Origin: an uncultured Anaerobiospirillum sp.
Lineage (GTDB): Bacteria; Pseudomonadota; Gammaproteobacteria; Enterobacterales; Succinivibrionaceae
Direction of reading: 5' to 3'
Assembly: GCA_944393075.1 (NCBI GenBank)
Contig: CALXYZ010000001.1
Coordinates: 6,610-70,609 of the forward strand
DNA length: 64,000 nucleotides
The notes beneath the pieces are model-generated. The model ran no database searches and was not told where the DNA came from. It was given only the letters and a program-made list of their open reading frames with translations. Below, one piece after another: positions 57,601 to 64,000 of this stretch. Position numbers and translations under genes: made by a program. Position 1 is the first letter of the stretch, and each line of letters starts with the position of its first letter.

Positions 57601-58770
57601 AATACCAATCTGCCAGATCACTTGAGCGTTATGCCTCATGTCGATATCGAGCACTATCTCTACACTTCAGGTTTTGCTGACGTGTACCAACGTGCGGCTA
57701 ACATCGCCTTGAAGAATCAGCCAGTGGTCTCTAAGAACAAGCACCAAAAGAGTCCACCACCATTAGATAGCATTGGTAATGAAGACGGCTCTAAGGACAA
57801 GAGTGCAGAAAAGAAATTTGATCGCGTCATTGATGTCGATGTGGCGAGCATCACAGACCTTGCTGATCAGCCAACTAAGTCCAAGAAGGAGAAGAACAAA
57901 GAGAAGGGTCAGGACAAGAATAAGGGTGGCAGCAAGCAAGCTGTGTTAAAGAACCACAGCTTAGATAGCGTCATCAAGAGCGTGCTGCACTACAACTTGG
58001 GCAAGAACGTCCAAGAGCTCTTAAAAGCGGTGAACCGTGGTCGTCTCCAGGGTCAGAGCAAAAAGGCGCAGATCATTGATATCTCACAGCTCTCTAAAGG
58101 TGACGTCTCGGCTTTCTACCACTACGTCCACAATCTCATTATGGAGATGCCACGCCCAAGCCATAACCTGACTAAGCGCCAGAGCCGTATCCTCAATATC
58201 TTAAAGAGCGAGCGTGCCTTACTCTTAGATCAGGTCAACCGCAATGAGCAGCGTCTCAACAAGCAAAATGCGGCCAATGCCGCTGCAGCTGCTGCTGAGA
58301 CTATGGCTAACCTCAACAAGAACAAGGCCAAAGCTGATAAGGACAAGGCCAGCGTCAACGCCAGCACCAGCGCAAGCACTAGCGCCTTTTCCAGAAACGG
58401 CAATAACAACAGCAATGGCAATGGTAGTGGTAGTGGTGGTAAGTCCAAGGTGGAAAAGGCCGATAAGATTGCCAAGATCGATACTAAGAACGCCTCTTCA
58501 GATGACAGCAAAGCAGTAGAGACCGAGCGCCTCAATGGCAAGACCACTAATGCCGCTTTTGGTGCTTGGTCAGATGCTGAGCTTAGTAAGAAGGGAATGT
58601 CGGTCAAGAAGGTGATCGAGGCGGCGATCCACAAGAACACCAAGCCAGGGATGGCGATCTTGGTTAGTGAGGCTATGCATCAGCGTGGCCCTGACTCCGT
58701 ACCGCTGCTCTTTAAGACCATGTTCCGTAAGATCAGACGCTTAGCGCAAAACGAGTTCGGCCTAGAGTAG
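54622..58770 (+). CDS. ybjD: OLD-family ATP-dependent endonuclease homologue (YbjD-like), greatly expanded by insertions
   Basis: The ATG at 54622 is preceded by AGGAGG (54611-54616). N-terminal MFLQRAEIQNFRGIRHLTV...VLIGENAWGKSSLLYAL (ABC/AAA Walker A). C-terminal FHIRMNRPNTLFARCWLLVEGETEVWVLNEIA...IEFAQCGLNPLIKLAKQMGISYHVLTDGDDAGRHY (Toprim). Final KPGMAILVSEAMHQRGPDSVPLLFKTMFRKI. These blocks match my memory of E. coli YbjD (about 550 aa); this ORF is about 1380 aa. Confidence 0.85.
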   Translation: MFLQRAEIQNFRGIRHLTVDFERDTTVLIGENAWGKSSLLYALFAILGKGENHLCTFTPDDLYIPIRLDSDLEGIGDEASDSDGEELSKDKAQTSATSQDAAPKEQGTSTTAAPTVSTASTVSTAETASASYASAATATATATTTTNAATTETTETTDTTKGVTVEGVLEPSASEQEAIERGARALAAAQCCPPAQQLRQLEFLKPIKVITTPDYQRRYYSVPNANGMGQVMHIVDVPVSELNDEEKAAAFPSRARHNKHKNKHKHGKQPAHTAHTAHTAHTAQVHQTPFKGQSVSVSLRPRQYTEALTNFLAGTSAAPTHLANSKALKNTAANEIAAALADSAVEESSISKSSQASAALRGMSTKDIMNAVGESLVGKSAKDIKKQAQSAVTAAAEITAIGTSKANSNGIGNGNGNGNGNGKPKLHHAALMLESLRLAQQAEALYEQGLPLYYNPSRSELMERAQNVLNEKEGLEQEAVDSARDDMAFYESDVYKDKAESIVIDLIFCESDYGVLNSVPRFSGLKNGSYLGEDGLYRIHYRVSAKMQLIASNEAPNDKTAVTAATATATGASAGANAGADTDADYDSTCVQGEHFVTCHEILDAKEQPIEDSIAKRIIRELIILNPLLRIRDRRMLKPQMYEVVEQIDHPKDAAKAQATDQANLSDTAVDIEVVATPNASASSSASASASAATTDNTANTANDEGEEELDLKTISHFFADLTSDEDWTSKQIKDGIDVLNTIASKYLVNYQSNNLTTTYHVDLDAIQSRTARDIVTHPVSISTLNSLKNALTDSKPSRARFLLSLLAGAFLMSKGQREIDEQSRPILILEDLESRFHPTLLLNLWAILQLLPIQKVVTTNSAQLLSAMPMSKIRRLCKQYYDVRCYSIRDRAFSRDDARKIAFHIRMNRPNTLFARCWLLVEGETEVWVLNEIADVLGFNLACSGVALIEFAQCGLNPLIKLAKQMGISYHVLTDGDDAGRHYAQTVRDFVGNTNLPDHLSVMPHVDIEHYLYTSGFADVYQRAANIALKNQPVVSKNKHQKSPPPLDSIGNEDGSKDKSAEKKFDRVIDVDVASITDLADQPTKSKKEKNKEKGQDKNKGGSKQAVLKNHSLDSVIKSVLHYNLGKNVQELLKAVNRGRLQGQSKKAQIIDISQLSKGDVSAFYHYVHNLIMEMPRPSHNLTKRQSRILNILKSERALLLDQVNRNEQRLNKQNAANAAAAAAETMANLNKNKAKADKDKASVNASTSASTSAFSRNGNNNSNGNGSGSGGKSKVEKADKIAKIDTKNASSDDSKAVETERLNGKTTNAAFGAWSDAELSKKGMSVKKVIEAAIHKNTKPGMAILVSEAMHQRGPDSVPLLFKTMFRKIRRLAQNEFGLE

Positions 58771-58797
58771 ACCATTCTCCCTGAGGTCTTAAGAACA

Positions 58798-58835
58798 CCA
58801 AGCCCCGCAGAGCAAGCTTTGCGGGGCTTGGTTGT
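58798..58835. terminator. Bidirectional terminator between the ybjD-like gene and yhhQ
   Basis: Perfect 12-bp stem CCAAGCCCCGCA...TGCGGGGCTTGG followed by TTGTTT. Confidence 0.7.
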
Positions 58836-58910
58836 TTAGGGCCTAGAGGCTTTTGCGACTCTTAGCTAATCCACGTGGAGCGCTTGCCTCACCTTCTAAC
58901 CTTGGTTTAG

Positions 58911-59558
58911 TTAGGCGATAGTCGACACTGCATTGAGTGGGCGGTGTAAGACGTACTTGGAGAGGAAGGCTAAGAAAGCACCATAGATTGGGACAAAGAT
59001 AGCCAAGCATACGATGAGCTTCACAGCGTAGTCCACCCAAGCTAAGGACACCCAGTTTGCGGCCATGTATGGGTCAACGCACTGGTAGAAAGCGATTGAG
59101 AAGAAAGCAAAGGTGTCGAGTAAGTTACCGAAGATCGAAGAGGCAGCAGGAGCTGGCCACCAGCGTGGTAACTGACGTAAGCGCTGGAAAACTAAGATGT
59201 CGGCTAACTGGCCAAAGATATAAGCGCCAAATGAAGCAGCAGCAATACGGAACACAAAGATCGAGAAGGTGCCTAAAGCCTCAATGCCTTGGTACTTACC
59301 AAAGGCAAAGATGGTACCGACGATATAAGAGGCGATCAGTGCAGGGATCATGGCACAGAAGATCACCTTACGAGCTTTCTTGGCACCGTAGAGTCTAACC
59401 GTCAGATCGGTGGTCACGAAGACAAATGGGAAGGTAAAGGTACCAACCGTAGTCTCAATTCCCAAGACCGTGATAGGGATCTGCACGGCGTAGTTACTCA
59501 GCACAATGATGAAGATGTGGAATAAGAACAGGCGTCTTAACGGAAAGTCTAACTGCAT
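58911..59558 (-). CDS. yhhQ: Queuosine-precursor transporter (YhhQ/DUF165 family)
   Basis: ORF track starts at TTG 59585. The ATG at 59558 gives MQLDFPLRRLFLFHIFIIVLSNYAVQIPI... FPFVFVTTDLTVRLYGAKKARKVIF, VFQRLRQLPRWWPAPAASSIFGNLLDTFAFFSIAF match YhhQ. Confidence 0.88.
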   Translation of the reverse strand: MQLDFPLRRLFLFHIFIIVLSNYAVQIPITVLGIETTVGTFTFPFVFVTTDLTVRLYGAKKARKVIFCAMIPALIASYIVGTIFAFGKYQGIEALGTFSIFVFRIAAASFGAYIFGQLADILVFQRLRQLPRWWPAPAASSIFGNLLDTFAFFSIAFYQCVDPYMAANWVSLAWVDYAVKLIVCLAIFVPIYGAFLAFLSKYVLHRPLNAVSTIA

Positions 59559-60384
59559 AATGATGCTCTCGGTTAAAAAAGGCAAACTAACGCTGCGGCC
59601 ACGCCGCGAATTCTGTGCTTATCGCAAATCGACTGGGAGCAGGAAACAAGCATCACAGTGTGATGTAGAAATGAGGCTCAGGCCTATACCTGAGATGAAG
59701 ACGTGCGGGTGCCAATCAATATCACAGCTAAAAATGCGGAAACTTGGCGTCTATTTTAGAAGGTGTGCATACACTCCTGACGGAGAACACCACGGGGAAT
59801 GGGACGTGGACGTGGCTTGAATTAGAGCTATATCTATTCCCAAATTACAAGCTACGACTACAGACGTCACCTAACCGTGCTCTGTGTCTGTATACAGTGT
59901 CTTGTACACAGTGTCCTATACCCATAGGAAGTCTAGTGCCCTCCAATTGGAGCCCTAGAGCCATCCGCGTTTTTAGCCTGCCTCAAACTACTCATCTGCT
60001 GCGATACGCCTGCGCTTACTCTGTTTTAGAGCATTCGCTTGCGATTGCTATCGTCAAAGTAATCGAAGCTGTACTGATCTTGTCTGCCACCCAAGATGCT
60101 CAAGGAGCGAACCCCTTAAGCGTGTACGGCTAAGAAAATCGAATTTTAGGCCTACGTGTTGTAGGCACCGCAATTCTACACGAATTCGAGGCTGTGGCGA
60201 ATTTTTTTCGCGCGCTTTTCTTGACTGTAAGCTGATGGCACTCTGTTATGATGAGAAAAGCGCCCGAGTAGCGCGGCATCATGCCGCTTGGTTGGGCGTA
60301 AAGATTGCGAGGCAAATGCTAGAAAGCACCAAAGCGGTGCTAAGGCTATTGCTGATATTTTAGGTTGTAGGCGGAGGTTGCGCA

Positions 60385-63300
60385 GTGGCTGACAAAAACG
60401 CTATCAAGAGACTAATCTTGATTGACGGCTCATCTTTCTTGTATCGGGCCTATTATGCAGTAAAGCAGAACTTTACGACTAAAGAGGGCATTCCTACTGG
60501 CGCTACCTTTATCATCACGCGCATGTTCCGCAACCTGCTCGACAAGTTCATGGGCGATAAGTTTGTTGTGGTCTTTGATGCTAAAGGCCCATCCTTCCGC
60601 CGCGAAATGTACGCCGAGTACAAGGCCACCCGTCCACCAATGCCTGACGATCTCAGAGCACAAATCGATGCTGTGCACTCTATTACTGAGGCTATGGGCT
60701 TTCCTTTAGTGTCGGTACAAGGTGTAGAGGCCGACGACGTATTGGGATCGTACACCCGCAAAGCCCAAGAGCTCGGTATGGAAGTCATTATCTGCACCGG
60801 CGATAAAGACTTAGCTCAATTAGTGCAACCAGGCGTCTCTATTCTCGATACCATGCGCGACACTATGTTTGACGCGGCTATGGTGCAAGAGAAGTACGGT
60901 GTGCCACCAGAGCATATCGTTGACTTCCTCGCCCTCAAAGGCGACTCCTCCGATAACATCCCCGGCATGAAAGGCGTTGGTGACAAGACTGCTGTCGCTG
61001 TGATCTTGGCCCTAGGTGGTGTCTTTGATATCAAAGAGCACCTCGATAACGTTAAGGATCTCAAATTCCGTGGCGCCTCTACCTTTGCCAAGCGCTTTAT
61101 GGAACAGTGGCCAGAGATTGAGCTGAGTTACCGCCTCGCCACCATCAAATGCGACGTGGAATTGCCTATAGCTATCGAAGACCTCCCATATCCAAAAGAG
61201 GATAACGATACTCTGATCGCCTTATTTGAGCGCTTAGAGTTCCATCGCTTTGCTGCCGAACAACGTGTTCGTAAGTTAGAGCAAGAGGGTAAAGCCGCCT
61301 CTTTATCCGCAACCACAGCGCCCGCCCCTATGGCCGCTGCAGCTTCTGCAGCTGCAGCTCCTACGACCGCGGCCGCTGCCGCTGCTAATACCACGAGCCC
61401 AGCTGAGGCGGGTGCAGTAGATGCTGCAGATGCAGACACTGCTACCAAGAAAGACTCTCCTGCTGCTGAGGACGCTATCTTGATTCCGCAGAAGCTACGT
61501 CGTCGTGGTCGCCCATCCTTAGCCGAAAAGCAGAGCTTACTAATCGCCGCTGGTGCAGCAGCAGCAACTACAGAGACTACTACTGCTGCTACTGATGACG
61601 ACGATCCAGATCCAATTATGGAAGCGCTAGCCGCCAAGAGGCTGCAGGCTGAAGCTGCCACAGCTGCTAAAGCCGCGGATGCAGATGCTAATGCTGATGC
61701 TAATACCGAGGTTCAAACTGGCACCAAAACCCAACCCAGCACCAGCACCAGCACTAAAGGCACTGCTGCATCCAACAAAAAGAGCGGCATGGCTGACATC
61801 TTGGACATCTCCAAGCACCGTAACCACGGTAACGTCAATCAGTACTTGTCTAGCTTTAAAGTGGTCACTACCACTACAGAGCTGCGCGATATGATCCGTG
61901 CCATCAAGGCCGCGCCTTTATTTGCTTTCTACTTAGAGGAGAGCTCCTCTCACACCCCTGATAGCAGCTTGATTGGTGCTGCCTTTAGCTTGGGTGATGG
62001 TGCCTCATACTATGTACCTCTGCGCCATAGCTACATTGGCGTGGATGCGCAATTACCAGCCACCCAAGCCATCAACGCGCTGCGTACTATTTTTGAGAAA
62101 GAAGACCTGCCAAAAGCTTGCTACGACGTCAAGCTCAACCGCTTATACTTGCACTTCTTAGGTATTGAGCTCAAGGGCTATGTAGCCGATCCTCTGATCA
62201 TGGCTCATATCATTGATTCCTCCCGCGCGGGTGAACTTATCAACCTCGCCCAAGACTTCCTAGAGTACGTGCCTCTAAACAAGCAGCACCTTTCCCCCGA
62301 GAAAGTTGTCAGCATTGCTAAGATGGATATAGACATCTTTAAGGACTTTGCATGCGAACAGGCCCTGCTTGCCTATAAGCTCTATGAGGTCTTAATCTCC
62401 AAGATTGCTAACTTAGAGAATGGCAAGACTATACTTGACCACGAAATGCAGGTGCTTGACGTGCTCTTTGATATGGAGAGCATTGGCGCCCTCTTAGATG
62501 GCCGCGTCCTGACCCGCCAAGCCCGACAGCTCAAGGAAGACATGTATTTAGTACAAGAGGATATCTTTGACCTAGCTGGCCACAAATTCAACATCTCCTC
62601 ACCAAAACAGCTCTCTAAGGTGCTGTTTGAGGAACTGGCTATCCCATATCCACGCAAGACCCAGAAGTTTGATAAAAACGGCAACCGATCGTACTCCACC
62701 GCTGATGACGTCTTAAACGAGATTGGCGATGACTACGACATCATCCGCAAGATTCAGCGCTATCGCATGCTCTCTAAGCTAGTATCTACCTACGCTGACA
62801 AGCTGCCATTACTTATTTCGCCACGCACTGGCCGCATCCATACTTGCTTTAACCTAGCAGGCACGGTCACCGGTCGCCTGTCGTCATCTGACCCTAACTT
62901 GCAGAACATCCCTGCGCGTACCAAGGAAGGTAAACAGATCCGTGGCAGCTTTGTTGCACCTGAGGGCTACCACATCGTATCAGCCGACTACTCGCAAATT
63001 GAGTTGCGCTTGATCGCCCACTTCTCTCAGGATCAAAACCTCATTGAGGCTTTCCATCAGCATCAGGACATTCACCGCGTCACTGCCGCCGAGGTCTTAG
63101 GCAAGAACATCGCGGATGTCACTGACGATGAACGTAAACATGCTAAGGCCACCAACTTTGGACTGATGTACGGCATGAGTGCCCATGGTCTCTCGAAGCA
63201 AACCGGCATGAGCTACGCTGATGCCAAGAACTACATTGAGCGCTACTTTGATAAGTACCCTAGCATCAAAGCCATGATGGACAAGGTCATTGCTGAGGCT

Positions 63301-63660
63301 AAGCAGCACGGCTACGTCACCACCTTGCTGGGCAACCGCGTCTTTATCAAGGGCATCAATAGTACCGGCATGGGCCAGCGCACAGCCGAGCGTGCGGCAA
63401 TTAATGCCCCAATGCAGGGTAGTGCTGCCGACATCATTAAAAAGGCCATGGTTGAGGTCAATGCCTATATCAAGACTCTGCCGAAGGACAGCGTCCACAT
63501 GACGCTGCAGGTGCATGACGAACTGGTCTTTGAGGTACGCGATGACCTCGTCGATGAATTCTGCACCAAGGTCAAGGAAATCATGGAGCACGTAGTCTCG
63601 ATCTCCGTGCCACTTGAAGTCGGTATCGGCATTGGCGTCAACTGGGCTGAAGCCCACTAG
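60385..63660 (+). CDS. polA: DNA polymerase I with about 170-aa low-complexity insertion in the 5'-nuclease/Klenow linker
   Basis: GTG start after [24 protein letters not shown] (5'-3' exonuclease). C-terminal [53 protein letters not shown] (family A polymerase motifs A/B/C). Confidence 0.96.
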   Translation: MADKNAIKRLILIDGSSFLYRAYYAVKQNFTTKEGIPTGATFIITRMFRNLLDKFMGDKFVVVFDAKGPSFRREMYAEYKATRPPMPDDLRAQIDAVHSITEAMGFPLVSVQGVEADDVLGSYTRKAQELGMEVIICTGDKDLAQLVQPGVSILDTMRDTMFDAAMVQEKYGVPPEHIVDFLALKGDSSDNIPGMKGVGDKTAVAVILALGGVFDIKEHLDNVKDLKFRGASTFAKRFMEQWPEIELSYRLATIKCDVELPIAIEDLPYPKEDNDTLIALFERLEFHRFAAEQRVRKLEQEGKAASLSATTAPAPMAAAASAAAAPTTAAAAAANTTSPAEAGAVDAADADTATKKDSPAAEDAILIPQKLRRRGRPSLAEKQSLLIAAGAAAATTETTTAATDDDDPDPIMEALAAKRLQAEAATAAKAADADANADANTEVQTGTKTQPSTSTSTKGTAASNKKSGMADILDISKHRNHGNVNQYLSSFKVVTTTTELRDMIRAIKAAPLFAFYLEESSSHTPDSSLIGAAFSLGDGASYYVPLRHSYIGVDAQLPATQAINALRTIFEKEDLPKACYDVKLNRLYLHFLGIELKGYVADPLIMAHIIDSSRAGELINLAQDFLEYVPLNKQHLSPEKVVSIAKMDIDIFKDFACEQALLAYKLYEVLISKIANLENGKTILDHEMQVLDVLFDMESIGALLDGRVLTRQARQLKEDMYLVQEDIFDLAGHKFNISSPKQLSKVLFEELAIPYPRKTQKFDKNGNRSYSTADDVLNEIGDDYDIIRKIQRYRMLSKLVSTYADKLPLLISPRTGRIHTCFNLAGTVTGRLSSSDPNLQNIPARTKEGKQIRGSFVAPEGYHIVSADYSQIELRLIAHFSQDQNLIEAFHQHQDIHRVTAAEVLGKNIADVTDDERKHAKATNFGLMYGMSAHGLSKQTGMSYADAKNYIERYFDKYPSIKAMMDKVIAEAKQHGYVTTLLGNRVFIKGINSTGMGQRTAERAAINAPMQGSAADIIKKAMVEVNAYIKTLPKDSVHMTLQVHDELVFEVRDDLVDEFCTKVKEIMEHVVSISVPLEVGIGIGVNWAEAH

Positions 63661-63748
63661 CCGCTGCTGGCCACTACCACCTAACCTTACTTTACCGGCG
63701 CCCGCCACCGCAAAACAAGAGCAATGCGGGTGCCATAGCCCTCTTCAG

Positions 63749-63792
63749 CCACTGTCTTTACCCTGTCCACCCACTGTCATTACCCTGTCCAC
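63749..63792. repeat. 22-bp direct tandem repeat x2
   Basis: CCACTGTCTTTACCCTGTCCAC / CCACTGTCATTACCCTGTCCAC (one mismatch), between polA and alaS. Confidence 0.95.
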
Positions 63793-63907
63793 CCGCAAAC
63801 GCTTAATTTTGGCGAGAGAACCGCGAAAAGTTGGCGCTGATTTCGATTTTCGTAGGTATAATTGTGAATTCAGATTTTTGGTTGAATCAAATCAGAGTGC
63901 GCTTTTC

Positions 63908-64000
63908 ATGTACATGACCACTGATGAGATTCGTTCAACGTTTCTCAACTTCTTTAAGGATCACGGCCACGAGATCGTGCGATCGAGCTCGTTAGTGCCA
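63908..64000 (+). CDS. alaS: Alanine--tRNA ligase, N-terminal fragment (runs off the right window edge)
   Basis: ATG at 63908 gives [31 protein letters not shown], the AlaRS N-terminus. A TATAAT lies at 63856-63861. Confidence 0.85.
   Translation, partial: MYMTTDEIRSTFLNFFKDHGHEIVRSSSLVP

Noticed and set aside
59559-59760. Possible preQ1 riboswitch upstream of the queuosine-precursor transporter yhhQ.
   Set aside because: The leader contains a GCGGC-GTG-GCCGC hairpin. It lacks the short P1 stem plus A-rich tail (AAAAAACUA-like) of class I preQ1 aptamers, and I could not match class II or III by eye. An Rfam scan is needed before any claim.
61128-61661. 177-aa Ala/Ser-rich ORF antisense to the polA low-complexity insert.
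   Set aside because: Artefact of GC-rich GCN-repeat coding sequence, which is open on both strands. The polA frame is continuous and has conserved flanks.

Overview
Chromosomal window from a bacterium with gammaproteobacterial gene content and local synteny (cysS/ppiB-lpxH, plsC-parC, ybjD, yhhQ, yafK-like). I cannot name the organism. The minus strand carries the S10 operon (rpsJ to rpsQ, 11522 down to 6410) and the spc operon (rplN to rplO, 3985 down to 1). A two-gene glycosyltransferase cassette separates them. The alpha operon (rpsM-rpsK-rpsD-rpoA-rplQ, 45033 down to 41764) lies about 29 kb upstream of rpsJ instead of after spc, and a second, complementarily diverged rpoA paralogue follows it. 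Between the ribosomal blocks, housekeeping genes (queH, msbA-like, ddl, cysS, ppiB, lpxH, trxA, pyrE, yicC, plsC, parC, a YafK-like L,D-transpeptidase-fold protein) alternate with LOS/LPS genes: GT2, two GT25 paralogues, three GT9-like genes including a tandem pair, a DUF1792/GT-D enzyme, an OafA-type acyltransferase and a pyruvyl-transferase remnant. There is also a 1182-aa orphan ORF with faint IS1634/IS4 transposase motifs. The right third holds a 407-aa orphan, an MscK/MscM-like channel, rho, a greatly expanded YbjD/OLD-family nuclease homologue, yhhQ, polA and the start of alaS. I found no rRNA, tRNA, CRISPR array, integrase or intact IS element. Two themes recur. First, conserved proteins (YbjD, PolA, MscK, MsbA, S11, S3, YicC, a GT9) carry long low-complexity insertions or tails. 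Second, many intergenic regions contain short tandem repeats (6-12 nt units), often built on CTTAG/CTAAG-like words. The top candidate for follow-up is the rpoA pair flanking rplQ, which looks like a subfunctionalised heterodimeric alpha subunit.
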